Shown here one piece after another: positions 10,401 to 18,471 of a stretch of DNA of 64,000 bases (within the stretch, counting starts at the first letter, position 1; each line of letters opens with the position of its first letter). Origin of the DNA: an uncultured Planctomycetota bacterium (lineage in GTDB: Bacteria > Planctomycetota > Planctomycetia > Isosphaerales > Isosphaeraceae); the NCBI GenBank assembly GCA_963823665.1, contig CAWGMQ010000004.1:1536001-1600000 (forward strand), given 5' to 3'. Made by a program: the position numbers and the translations under genes. The notes under the pieces were generated by a model, which was given only the letters and a program-made list of their open reading frames with translations, was not told the origin of the DNA and ran no database searches.

Positions 10401-11493
10401 CAGCGGAGACAACGGCGGGGTCAATCCCGTCGGGTCGCCTGAGCTTCAGATCACAGGTACCGTTTTCGCCGACGCTAACGATGACGGTATCCAGGAAACC
10501 GGCGACACGGGCCTTGCCGGTGTGACCGTCACCTTGACCGGCACTGACGCTTACGGGAATTCCGTGTCGTATTCAACCACGACAAACAGCTCGGGTGTTT
10601 ACACCTTCGCTGGAATGCCCTTCAGCAACTCATCCGGCTACACGGTGACCCCGTCCGTCCCGACAGGCTATACCGCAGGAATTGCTACCGCCGGCAAGGT
10701 AAACGGCTCGTCCGATGGCTCCGCCAGTTCGAGTCCGGAGTCGGTCGGTAGCATCTCGATGTTGAATAACTCCCAAACAAACGGAGTCAATTACAACTTC
10801 GGCATGGTGAAACCCGTCGGCAGCATTTCGGGTGAGGTCTACAACGACGTCAATGGCGACGGCAAGCTCGAGAATGGCGACACTGGTCTCGCTGGTGTCA
10901 CCGTCACGCTTTACAACAGCAACGGTGTCGTGGCCTCCACCACGACAAACAGCTCCGGCATGTACAGCTTCTCGAATCTGGCACCAGGCACGTACAAGGT
11001 GGTCGAGACGATCCTCAACAACTACCTTGGCACGGGCAGCGATGTCGGGACGGTCGGCGGCACTGGCGACGGCACGTCCGTCAGCGCGACCACCATCGGC
11101 TCGATCGCTCTGAGTTCAGGCCAATCGGGAATCAACTACAACTTTGGTGAAGACCAGGCGAATTGCAACATCTCCGGCAAGGTGTTCTGCGACAATCAGA
11201 ACAACTGCAACAGCAACCAGGCCGGCCTCGGCGGTGTAACCGTCACGTGCTACAACAGCAGCGGTACTGCCGTCTGCTCCACGACGTCGAACAGCTCCGG
11301 CGGCTACAGCTTCACGAACCTCGCTCCCGGAACGTACTGTGTGGTGCAAACCGTGCTCGGCGGTTATAACGCCACCGGCTGCGATATTGGATCAGCCGGC
11401 GGCAACTCGCCCAGCAACTGCAAGATCGCCGGAATCGTTGCGAGCGGCGGTGGCTCCTGCACTGGCTACGACTTTGGACAGAGGAGGTCTTGA
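4414..11493 (+). CDS. Giant repetitive surface adhesin (SdrD-B-like domains, candidate thioester domain, Ig-like tandem repeats)
   Basis: Single open frame; GAGGA RBS before ATG 4414; N-terminal basic tract followed by VEFVEPRVLMA; SdrD-B-like motifs (I.G.V..D.N.DG....G..GL.GVTVTL); T/G/S/A-rich. Confidence 0.88.
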   Translation: MKLQHRIGRSVARRSRKLQNTQPSVEFVEPRVLMATGFIQGYDLNNGVAINDATIQLENTNPVSYTTTTTNASGYFQFNNLAPGNYVVTPTAAGYISNSVKIQTTVNPANEVVNPDGSIGVDVTVENPASESVKVTNYEFSGGGSLYYQLNSTANNPASEDTITQANNAGAFDATLVDPTTGQADTSIVTYCSDLSNGLSVGQLFTVTPSLTPSLTPQTPGSPATTQPGLATNIGLIGYLYNTYGTTLSPGIPPADTDSPAPTASELACGLQVALWTLEYNQDVGSVTTTTTVSATDPFFVNTTTSSSEVIDAANAYLADAAQAAAHGNSQDLYFLDLDTKTEQNPDADSGQSLMSTDMLTFTSQPTASVSTAIYNAATNQAITGNQPLGTSVYDTAAVTTVTGAPTPSGTLTYYFYNTATPVYGTTTPVGTPQTVSLLPDGSVPNSLPTAPLGAGAESFIGVYNGDSHYAIAVGAVEPLSINKATITLNTTIYNAANNSVVTGALPLGSSVYDTASFTGAVAGFTPDITQVSYTFTSPSGTAGAGSGAQSSTEGPLGAGSYKFDASFAGDANYNLAVSGDEPLSISKATITLNTTIYNAANNSVVTGALPLGSSVYDTASFTGAVAGFTPDITQVSYTFTSPSGTAGAGSGAQSSTEGPLGAGSYKFDASFAGDANYNLAVSGDEPLSISKATITLNTTIYNAANNSVVTGALPLGSSVYDTASFTGGVAGFTPDITQVSYTFTSPSGTAGAGSGAQSSTEGPLGAGSYKFDASFAGDANYNLAVSGDEPLSISKATITLNTTIYNAANNSVVTGALPLGSSVYDTASFTGGVAGFTPDITQVSYTFTSPSGTAGAGSGAQSSTEGPLGAGSYKFDASFAGDANYNLAVSGDEPLSINKATITLNTTIYNAANNSVVTGALPLGSSVYDTASFTGGVAGFTPDITQVSYTFTSPTGTAAAGSGAQSSTEGPLGAGSYKFDASFAGDANYNLAVSGDEPLSINKATITLNTTIYNAANNSVVTGALPLGSSVYDTASFTGGVAGFTPDITQVSYTFTSPTGTAGAGSGAQSSTEGPLGAGSYKFDASFAGDANYNLAVSGDEPLSINKATITLNTTIYNAANNSVVTGALPLGSSVYDTASFTGAVAGFTPAISQVSYTFTSPTGTAGAGSGGQSTTEGPLGAGSYKFDASFAGDANYNLAVSGDEPLSINKATITLNTTIYNAANNSVVTGALPLGSSVYDTASFTGAVAGFTPAISQVSYTFTSPTGTAGAGSGGQSTTEGPLGAGSYKFDASFAGDANYNLAVSGDEPLSINKATITLNTTIYNAANNSVVTGALPLGSSVYDTASFTGAVAGFTPAISQVSYTFTSPTGTAGAGSGGQSTTEGPLGAGSYKFDASFAGDANYNLAVSGDEPLSINKATITLNTTIYNAANNSVVTGALPLGSSVYDTASFTGAVAGFTPAISQVSYTFTSPTGTAGAGSGGQSTTEGPLGAGSYKFDASFAGDANYNLAVSGDEPLTISQGVTGQGVASVNTTIYDSSGGAVTKALGEKVYDTATVTGTPFTPTGTVTYYFYNTASPVYGTTTPVGTPQKVTLGANASVPNSATTAGLTAGSYSFIAYYSGDSNYTGYAGAVEPLTINKGSSNVSTTILDCGGGAVTSALGEKVYDTATVTGTPFTPTGTVTYYFYNTASPVYGTTTPVGTPQKVTLNANGSVPNSATTAALGAGGYSFIGVYSGDSNYNGYQGAIEPLTIGKASPSITTSPNPTVFTIGTSCGPLTDSATISGGSNPGGTITFTLYAPGCNTPVDTETVNVTSGDGTYTTPKGYALPSNPTPGVYQWDATYNGDSNNNKAIDSGNAWEQVEVVSPCCNDVSNVSFSLTNNGKTTTVSDLSGNTQQGETVTANFTVPAGYYDQLTLVTYTAPEGWYNADDANLQVVSSVVTGFFGPGAHTLGPVTIPNSFYQIDFVCGSVITTLGPESTNPNNFYHAQNRFISGDNGGVNPVGSPELQITGTVFADANDDGIQETGDTGLAGVTVTLTGTDAYGNSVSYSTTTNSSGVYTFAGMPFSNSSGYTVTPSVPTGYTAGIATAGKVNGSSDGSASSSPESVGSISMLNNSQTNGVNYNFGMVKPVGSISGEVYNDVNGDGKLENGDTGLAGVTVTLYNSNGVVASTTTNSSGMYSFSNLAPGTYKVVETILNNYLGTGSDVGTVGGTGDGTSVSATTIGSIALSSGQSGINYNFGEDQANCNISGKVFCDNQNNCNSNQAGLGGVTVTCYNSSGTAVCSTTSNSSGGYSFTNLAPGTYCVVQTVLGGYNATGCDIGSAGGNSPSNCKIAGIVASGGGSCTGYDFGQRRS
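5857..8976 (+). repeat. Ten tandem 312-bp (104-aa) near-identical intragenic repeats
   Basis: Units start at 5857, 6169, 6481, 6793, 7105, 7417, 7729, 8041, 8353 and 8665 (I[NS]KATITLNTTIYNAANNSVV...GDEPL). Confidence 0.97.
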
Positions 11494-11560
11494 GCGAGTC
11501 TATCCCGACCGCCGCGAGCCAACGTTTCGACCGAGTACCCCAGCCGCCAATTAACGGGTA

Positions 11561-11712
11561 GCGGGATAGCAAAGTCAGTCTCGGAGTCCGCAACCGAGGG
11601 CAAGGGAAACCTTGCCCTTGGTCAAGTCGAATCGCTGCGGGATAGCAAAGTCAGTCTCGGAGTCCGCAACCAAGGGCAAGGGAAACCTTGCCCTTGGTCA
11701 TTTCGAATCGCT
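11561..11712. repeat. Tandem 76-bp duplication, each copy with a 13-bp GAAA-capped hairpin (REP-like or terminator-like) between convergent genes
   Basis: Copies 11561-11636 and 11637-11712; hairpin ACC(A/G)AGGGCAAGG-GAAA-CCTTGCCCTTGGT. Confidence 0.9.
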
Positions 11713-11848
11713 GCTGAGCAGCCGGAGTCAAGGCAAACGGAACCACTGTCCAATTCTTGGCGTGCTGGGGCAGCCGCCTTCGGCGGTCATTTCCATACGC
11801 AGCCGAGGGCGGCCGTGCCTCAATAAAACTCGAATGACCGATGGGCAT

Positions 11849-13483
11849 TCAGGCCCAGAGTGACCATGCCCCAGTAGCCAGCACCGCGATGGCGATCAGA
11901 CCGTTCGTCACCGCGTGCGCCATCACAGCATCGGTCAGCTCGCCGCGTCGGCGATACGCCAGCGCATAAGCCATCCCCGCAAGCGTCCCGGCGAACCAGC
12001 GTCCATGAAGCAAGCCGAAGAGGGCTGAAGAGACGAGGAAAGAAATCCATGTCAGCCTGCCGGGCGCGACCGCTCGAAAGTCCGAAGAGATCAGCCGGCG
12101 CGTCAGGTAGCCCCGGAATGCCAGTTCCTCCGCCAATGGCACCATGATCACCGATCCGATCACCCGGAAGATCACCCAGGTGATTGCCGAAGCCTGCGGA
12201 ATCGATGAAATGCCCGGCTGGAGCGGGCTTTCGCTAGTCGCCGGCGTGGCCTTTGGTTCCAGGACCATCCAGAAGGCGAACACCGCGCACCCGATCGCAA
12301 CGGCCTCCCACGACAGGGTCAGACGCAACTCGGTGTAGTGTTTGCGATAAACCGCAAATGCGATCGCGACCAAGACAACGCGCAGAAAGTAATAGCGATC
12401 CAGCCCCGGCGAGAGCGTCGCGGTAACCATCGAAGTGGCGATCAGGGTCATCGCCGGGACGAGGTAAGCGGCGTCGAAAGCGGGGCCCTCTATCGTGGGC
12501 TCGGCCGATGACTTGCTGAATAAAGGCATCCGCACTGCGCTGGCGATCAATCCCAGGCCGATAAAGAGGAATAGAACCCAGCCCGCCAGCGAGTGGAACC
12601 CACCAAGTGCAAGGTCGGGATAGCCCCACGTTCCCAGAGCCACGAGCGCCGTGATGCGAACCGCGTTGGCCACCCACGCCAGGCCAATCGCCAGCGGCAA
12701 GAGCGCGAATGCTCTCGGAAATCGAAAGTTACGACGCAGAGCCCACAAGCCGGCAACGATCAAGCCGCCCATGAGTCCCATGCCTTCGTACCCGGAACAC
12801 GCAGGCGCAATCTCGACATGGAACGTCAAGGTGCCGATCGAGTTTGTCTTCGGTTCACAGACGACGTCGGCAAAGATCATGCTCAACATCCCGTGCACGA
12901 CTTGCAACGTCGCCTTCGAGAGCAGCCTCCACTGATCGGTCGCCAGCATACTCGCCCAGTAAGCGGCCAACCCGAGCACCGACCCGGCGAATATGCTTCC
13001 TCGGCTCTGTTTGACAAGTCCGATCCACAGATCCGCCGGCAGCACGGCGATGGCCCAGAACACCAGGGTTGCCGTTCCGCTGGCGAGCCAGGCCGCGAAG
13101 ACTGCCCAGTCGAAGAAGGAAGCTGGCCCGGCACGCTCAAGAACAGGACCGCTTGTCCTGAAGAAACAAAGGAAAGCCGCCAGATTACCGAGCATCAAGA
13201 GAAAAAGGTGCGAAGAACGCTCGCGGCGTGGTGACCCTCGCGTCAATTCCCGGTACCACGTGGGGCCAGCAACCAGCAAAATCGCGAGCGCAACCACGAA
13301 CCCCGCCCGCGAGAGCTCTCCGGCGTGGCGCACAAGCCCGTGCCACGGGCGCGCCGCGGGAATGGGCCCTGCGTCGTACCGCAAGCTGATCGCCATGAAT
13401 TCCCCAACCAGCAGCGCGGCAAGGACAGCCCAGCGCCGGTAGGGAAGCGTCGGACGCGTGCTGGAGTCCGAATTCTCGTTCAT
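11849..13483 (-). CDS. xrtE: Exosortase E / CAAX (CPBP) protease fusion, VPEID-CTERM system
   Basis: Polytopic membrane protein. Exosortase Cys/Arg/His motifs: IAPACSGYEG, NAVRI, GFHSLAGW. C-terminal CPBP motifs: EELAFRG, FGLLH, AHAVTN. Adjacent to a VPEMD peptide gene. Confidence 0.88.
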   Translation of the reverse strand: MNENSDSSTRPTLPYRRWAVLAALLVGEFMAISLRYDAGPIPAARPWHGLVRHAGELSRAGFVVALAILLVAGPTWYRELTRGSPRRERSSHLFLLMLGNLAAFLCFFRTSGPVLERAGPASFFDWAVFAAWLASGTATLVFWAIAVLPADLWIGLVKQSRGSIFAGSVLGLAAYWASMLATDQWRLLSKATLQVVHGMLSMIFADVVCEPKTNSIGTLTFHVEIAPACSGYEGMGLMGGLIVAGLWALRRNFRFPRAFALLPLAIGLAWVANAVRITALVALGTWGYPDLALGGFHSLAGWVLFLFIGLGLIASAVRMPLFSKSSAEPTIEGPAFDAAYLVPAMTLIATSMVTATLSPGLDRYYFLRVVLVAIAFAVYRKHYTELRLTLSWEAVAIGCAVFAFWMVLEPKATPATSESPLQPGISSIPQASAITWVIFRVIGSVIMVPLAEELAFRGYLTRRLISSDFRAVAPGRLTWISFLVSSALFGLLHGRWFAGTLAGMAYALAYRRRGELTDAVMAHAVTNGLIAIAVLATGAWSLWA

Positions 13484-13497
13484 GTGTAGATGTGGTG

Positions 13498-13548
13498 AAA
13501 AACCCTACCTGATGGCGCATTGCGATCAGCGCATGCCATCAGGTAGGG
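13498..13548 (-). terminator. Intrinsic terminator between the VPEMD peptide gene and xrtE
   Basis: 14-bp perfect stem (13503-13516 / 13535-13548) followed by TTTTT on the minus strand. Confidence 0.75.
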
Positions 13549-13604
13549 GCAAAGAGTGATCCCGCGAAGGACCGTGAATCGGACCGGAGAGGGCGGGGGG
13601 GTAC

Positions 13605-13796
13605 TTACTTGCTTCGGCGCCGACCAGCAATGAGCAGCAAACCGCTCGAGAGCAGGGCCAAAGCACCCGTCGCCAGGCCAGGATCCATTTCCGGAACAAG
13701 TACCGCGTGGGCCGGAGCCGAGAATGCGCTCAGAATCAGCGCAAAGCCGACGCTCCACGAAACCACCGAGAGCACCTTTCGAGCACCAGACTTCAT
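13605..13796 (-). CDS. 63-aa VPEID-CTERM-type (VPEMD) exosortase substrate
   Basis: AGGAGG RBS; signal peptide ending PAHA; then VLVPEMDPG, a hydrophobic helix and an RRRSK tail. Confidence 0.88.
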   Translation of the reverse strand: MKSGARKVLSVVSWSVGFALILSAFSAPAHAVLVPEMDPGLATGALALLSSGLLLIAGRRRSK

Positions 13797-14019
13797 AGTC
13801 GCAACCTCCTCAGTAAGTGAACTGAACCGCAGCAAAACGCCGCGCACACACACGTACGGAAAACCCGTGCGAACATACTTTATCGCGTTGGTCTTATCAC
13901 GGTCAAGCTTCCGACACAAATGCGAACCGCGTGTGGTAAAACGGAAACAGTCGTCGCGAAGAATCCACGTTTGTATTCCTAAGTTCAATGCCCAGTTGAT
14001 GCTCGGGCTCGAGCGCCGT

Positions 14020-15876
14020 TCAGGGGTGCGCCGTCGCGCGAGGAGACGACGACTGGGGTGCGGTCGATTCGCTGGCGACGACTCTCCGACCCTCGCCGGA
14101 AACGGGTGGAACAGGCTTCGGGACGCCCACATTCGAAAGACGGACGGTCTCAGGTCGAGCGCCCGCTTCGATCTGATCCGCTGCACGGCCGCACGCGTCG
14201 ATCCTCCGGCTTCGCTCGCTGTGGTCGTAGCGCAGCCTTCCCACCAGGCTGTAGAAGCCGTGGCCCCACCGCGCGGCGTGTGCCCAGGTTTCTCGTCCCA
14301 GATCGAATTTCGCCGCGCAACGTGACGGATCGATGACGCGAGTTGGCGAATCGACAGGCCACCCAAACACTCGCCGCCTCCGGAGCGCATTCATCACCGC
14401 TTGCGCCAGTGCGATCTGGCCCCGAAGCGACGGATGCATCGCATCCTGGAACAGCTCGTCGTCGAGCAAGCCGTTTCGGCCGATTGCGTGGAAGTAAGAC
14501 TGACCGTCGATATAGATGCAGTCGTGCCGCGCCGCCACCTCGCGATATACCTCCTGGAAAGCGCTCGGGCAGCGCATCGGATATCCGTCCAGATCTCGGG
14601 CAGAAATGTAATGGCGGTACGATTCCTCCCACTCGCCGGCTTTCCGTAAGAGCGTTGCCACGCGGTAATGCGTCTCTGCGAAGCCCGGTTCGCGCGCCAG
14701 CAGCTCGCGGTATTTTGCCAAGCTCGCTCCGGAATCAACGTCCTCGAGCCGTCGCGCTTCCAGAAATGCTTGACGAAATGAATCGCGTTCCTCGAGCGGC
14801 GTCCCTGCCGGCAGATACGATCGGTTCGGCTCGAAATCCGCATCATTTCCCGGAGGCGCGATCAGGATTGGCAATGCCCCCACGTTGTTTGCGTAGGAAA
14901 CAATCTCTTCGAGTCTGCGCCGAAAATCCCCCAGTATTTGCGAGTACTCATTCACTGCGAAGACCGGCACGTCAACCAGGCTACGCTCGAGTAGTGGCGG
15001 CGGCAAGGCGATCCGGCAGCGATCGGCCGAACGACGGATCAGCCCGCAGATCGGTGAGAGACGCTCCGCTTTTTCGACAAGCTCAATCCATGCGCTCGGC
15101 TGCTGATCGAGGAAGTAGTGCGGTAGATCGGCAACGGCGAAGAACCTCGAGGAAAACTCATTGTGCCCGCAGTAAATGATCAAGATGTCCGGCCGTCTTT
15201 TCAGCCCGGCCAGTGCGAGGTGCTGATTCTCCAGGGTGTCACCCGAACGCGCCAGAGTGGTGAGGCGCACGTCCAGGCCGTTGATCGCTTCCTCGAGCTG
15301 CCATTTGACAATCGCGCCGATCGAGAGCCACCGTTGAAACGGCACTCCCTCCGCACTCGACTCCCCCAGCACGACCAGGTCGATTTCCCCGCTCCCGGTT
15401 TGATCGGGGAACGCATCGCGTAGTCCGGCCGGCTCGCGCGGCGCAGGCAATCGCCGCGCCGCGCTCGCCTGCGGAACACCGGGGTCGGCTGCTCCCGGTA
15501 GAACCGGGCGGCGCGAGCCTTGTTTCTCGCGAACAAGCACAAGTGCTTCGCCCGCAAAGAGCGCGGCCAGAAGCGACGCCGCGCAGAGCAGCCAGCGCAA
15601 GGCGCGTCCCGGCGATCGGCCGCGACGTCTAGCGGCCAAGCAAACGAACGAAAGCGCGGGCACGGCGAACACGCTCAAGATCAGGGTCACGCCATACGCG
15701 ACCTCGATGCCAGTCAAGAAGGCGAGCTCGCTCCGCCAGACTACCCAGAGCGGAATGTCTCGTACTATCCGGAACCAGTCGAGAAAAAAAAGCGGCAGCA
15801 CTAGCGCAAGGATGATAGCAATCAACTTGAGCGCTCCGCGCCCAACCCGCGCGCGCAGCCGGATCAACCCTCGCAT
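14020..15876 (-). CDS. Membrane-anchored SGNH-hydrolase-like protein with TPR
   Basis: N-terminal TM helices; LGESSAEG, YCGHNE and DAMHP SGNH-like blocks; TPR-like PGFAETHYRVA. Start uncertain. Confidence 0.7.
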   Translation of the reverse strand: MRGLIRLRARVGRGALKLIAIILALVLPLFFLDWFRIVRDIPLWVVWRSELAFLTGIEVAYGVTLILSVFAVPALSFVCLAARRRGRSPGRALRWLLCAASLLAALFAGEALVLVREKQGSRRPVLPGAADPGVPQASAARRLPAPREPAGLRDAFPDQTGSGEIDLVVLGESSAEGVPFQRWLSIGAIVKWQLEEAINGLDVRLTTLARSGDTLENQHLALAGLKRRPDILIIYCGHNEFSSRFFAVADLPHYFLDQQPSAWIELVEKAERLSPICGLIRRSADRCRIALPPPLLERSLVDVPVFAVNEYSQILGDFRRRLEEIVSYANNVGALPILIAPPGNDADFEPNRSYLPAGTPLEERDSFRQAFLEARRLEDVDSGASLAKYRELLAREPGFAETHYRVATLLRKAGEWEESYRHYISARDLDGYPMRCPSAFQEVYREVAARHDCIYIDGQSYFHAIGRNGLLDDELFQDAMHPSLRGQIALAQAVMNALRRRRVFGWPVDSPTRVIDPSRCAAKFDLGRETWAHAARWGHGFYSLVGRLRYDHSERSRRIDACGRAADQIEAGARPETVRLSNVGVPKPVPPVSGEGRRVVASESTAPQSSSPRATAHP

Positions 15877-16078
15877 CGCACTGGCCTCGAAGAGCCCGAT
15901 TTTTTCCGGATCGAGTTCAATCGACCCGCCATCCGCGAGGATACATCGACGAACAAGAGCGGGGCGAGGCACCGGCCTCCGGAAAGTCCGCTCCTGGCCC
16001 GAGAACGTTCTATGGTAACTAGGATGGCGCAGGTCTTTCGTTTCATGTCCGTTCCCAGAACCATGAGGATGTCCACGA

Positions 16079-16447
16079 GTGTCTCATCCCCGCGAACGTA
16101 GGGACTCGCCTCGGTGCAGTGTAGTGGAAAACCAATCCCGGCTTGAGTTTGCGGTGCCAGAGGGCAGGCGCAGAGTTGACGCCAGATTGGTCAACATCAG
16201 TCGAGGCGGCGCGTTGCTCGTCACCGGGAATCCTCCGGCGTGTCAGGCACCCGTGTGGATTCGCATCGAAAGTCCCGTAAAAACCGATTGGACCGAAGCG
16301 ACGACGGTGCGCCACGGCCGGAACGAGGAAGTTGGCGTCCAGTTTCCGCGGGGCTGTCCCGATGACCTGCTTCTGGCGGGTACGATCGGCATCGACCTGG
16401 TTTCCATGGTCGTCGATCCGGCACGACTGGCGTCAAATTTCGATTGA
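16079..16447 (+). CDS. PilZ domain protein (c-di-GMP receptor-like)
   Basis: RRDSPR (RxxxR) and NISRGG (N/DxSxxG) motifs; GVQF strand. Confidence 0.85.
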   Translation: MSHPRERRDSPRCSVVENQSRLEFAVPEGRRRVDARLVNISRGGALLVTGNPPACQAPVWIRIESPVKTDWTEATTVRHGRNEEVGVQFPRGCPDDLLLAGTIGIDLVSMVVDPARLASNFD

Positions 16448-16596
16448 GCGACGGGGCACTGATTCGCGGCAACGGAGAGCGCACGCGGTCTCGTCCGGTA
16501 CATCACCGGCTCCGGGGCACGGTGTGGGTTCTCCGGCATCGGTGCCTCGCGAGCACAAATCGAAGCGTGGGCTATCTTTGCAGCAGAAAAACAAAA

Positions 16597-16669
16597 TGCG
16601 CCAGGTAGGATTCGAACCTACAACCTTCGGATTCGAAGTCCGCGACTCTATCCGTTGAGCTACTGGCGC
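16597..16669 (-). tRNA. tRNA-Arg(TCG)
   Basis: Acceptor stem GCGCCAG/CTGGCGC; D arm AGCTCAACGGATAGAG; anticodon loop CTTCGAA; T arm GTAGGTTCGAATCCTAC. 73 nt, CCA not encoded. Confidence 0.96.
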
Positions 16670-16764
16670 AGAAGGCCGATGGCAAATCGATTGGACCCAA
16701 TCAAACGCGGCGTGGTCCAGCCGTCGCCGCGTTCAACCTCGGGTCCGCTGTGCTGTAGAATACT

Positions 16765-16792
16765 ACTATAACGCCCGGGGAAGGCTGGGCAA
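16765..16792 (-). promoter_or_regulatory. Putative sigma70 promoter for tRNA-Arg
   Basis: TTGCCC-N16-TATAGT on the minus strand about 95 nt upstream of the tRNA; overlaps an inverted repeat at 16783-16820. Confidence 0.4.
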
Positions 16793-16964
16793 GCCCCGGA
16801 GTGCATTGGCTTACCCAGCCGATCCGAGCTCGGAAACGGTCCGTGTTCATTGCTTGACGCTGTGGTCCCCGAATCGCTAGTGTGAACTGTTTCGATCGGC
16901 CAGAATGGTTGACGCGCAACCCGCTCGGCCTATTTGCTCCCCACGACGCTTCCCCGGAGTCTCC

Positions 16965-18392
16965 ATGCCGACGACGCCCACGATATCTTTTGTCAGCTTG
17001 GGGTGTTCCAAGAACCTCGTCGACTCCGAACGGATGCTGGGATTGCTCGCCCAGGGCCGCTATGCGATCGTGCCCGAATCGGACCCGGCCGACCTCGTGA
17101 TCGTGAACACATGCGGGTTCATCGAAAGCGCACGCCGGGAATCGATCGGCGTCATCGAGGAGATGATCGATCGCAAGCGGTCGGGGCACGTGAAGGGAGT
17201 CGTGATCGCCGGTTGCCTCGCGGAGCGTGAGAAAGACACACTGCTCGAACGGTTTCCCGATGTCGACGACGTCGTCGGAGTCTTCGGTCGCGAAGAGATC
17301 GTTCGGGTCGCCGACCGGCTGCTGGGCGGACTCTCCGAGCAGCGTGGGCTCTTCCGGCCCGCGCCGATCCAGGCGCAGGATGACAGGGCACGGCTCAGAA
17401 TCACACCCAGGCACCTCGCCTATCTCAAAGTTTCTGAAGGCTGCGACCGAAATTGTACGTTCTGCGCCATCCCGTTGATGCGCGGCAAGCATGTGACCAA
17501 ACCGATCGAGATGGTCGTTGCCGAGGCGCAGGAGCTGGCCGCAGACGGCGTGCGGGAGTTGATCCTGGTTGCTCAGGACATGACCTATTATGGTCTCGAC
17601 CTCTACGGCCGGCCCCGCTTGAGCGACTTGCTCCGTGAGCTCGAGCAGATTGAAGGAATCGACTGGCTGCGAATCCTGTACTGCTATCCTCAGTATTTCA
17701 CCGATGAGCTCTACGACGCTCTCACCGGCTCGAAAAAGATCATCCCTTATCTCGATATGCCGCTCCAGCACATCAACGATCGCATGCTCAAACTGATGAA
17801 CCGCCGGCACACGAAAGCGGAGAGCGAGGCGATCATCGCCAGGTTGAGAGCGGAGATACCGGGGCTCGTGCTGCGCACGACGTTCATTGTCGGATTTCCG
17901 GGAGAAACGGCAGCGGAAATCGACGAGCTCATCGACTACATCGAGGCCACGAAGTTCGAGCGTCTCGGTGTTTTCCCCTATTCATTCGAGGCCGACACAC
18001 CGGCGGCGAAGCTCCCCGGCCACCTGAGCGAGCAGGTCGTCATCGAGCGTCGTGACCGCGTCATGGCCGCCCAGCAGCCGATCGCCTTCGCCTTCAATCA
18101 GACTTTGGTTGGCAAGAAGCTCGCCGTCCTGATCGACGCACCCGCGCCGGAAGGACGCCACCTGTGGATGGGCCGATCCTACGCCGACGCCCCCGATGTC
18201 GACGGAGTCACCTGGGTGCGAGGCGCCGAACTGCGGACGGGCGATCTGGTCAGTTGCAAGATCGTCGCCGCCGAAGGTTATGACCTGGTCGCGCGTCCGG
18301 TCGCCGCTTCGAGCTCCAATCGAACAAAGGCTCGGCCCAAGCCGCGCCGGCGTCCGCCCCCTGGGCGGCTCGCTGTGATCGATCAACCGTGA
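16965..18392 (+). CDS. rimO: Ribosomal protein S12 methylthiotransferase RimO
   Basis: SLGCSKNLVDSE, NTCGFI, radical SAM CDRNCTFC, C-terminal TRAM domain. Confidence 0.96.
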   Translation: MPTTPTISFVSLGCSKNLVDSERMLGLLAQGRYAIVPESDPADLVIVNTCGFIESARRESIGVIEEMIDRKRSGHVKGVVIAGCLAEREKDTLLERFPDVDDVVGVFGREEIVRVADRLLGGLSEQRGLFRPAPIQAQDDRARLRITPRHLAYLKVSEGCDRNCTFCAIPLMRGKHVTKPIEMVVAEAQELAADGVRELILVAQDMTYYGLDLYGRPRLSDLLRELEQIEGIDWLRILYCYPQYFTDELYDALTGSKKIIPYLDMPLQHINDRMLKLMNRRHTKAESEAIIARLRAEIPGLVLRTTFIVGFPGETAAEIDELIDYIEATKFERLGVFPYSFEADTPAAKLPGHLSEQVVIERRDRVMAAQQPIAFAFNQTLVGKKLAVLIDAPAPEGRHLWMGRSYADAPDVDGVTWVRGAELRTGDLVSCKIVAAEGYDLVARPVAASSSNRTKARPKPRRRPPPGRLAVIDQP

Positions 18393-18471
18393 ACCGATCT
18401 ATCCCTTGCGGCTCGCCGGCCCCGCGGCCACCCTGGCGCAATGGATTCTCTCCGCGGGCACATGATTATTC

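Noticed and set aside
11561..11712. 76-bp tandem repeat as a CRISPR array
   Set aside because: Only two abutting copies, no unique spacers and no cas genes.
13797..14019. Sigma54 promoter upstream of the exosortase substrate, as in PEP-CTERM systems
   Set aside because: No convincing TGGCAC-N5-TTGC match was found on the minus strand.
13797..14390. N-terminal 198 aa of ORF 13605-14390 as cargo of the VPEMD protein
   Set aside because: It overlaps the SGNH gene, and the AGGAGG RBS and signal peptide define the start at 13796.
16597..16669. tRNA as the integration site of an island
   Set aside because: No integrase and no duplicated tRNA 3' end were seen in the window.
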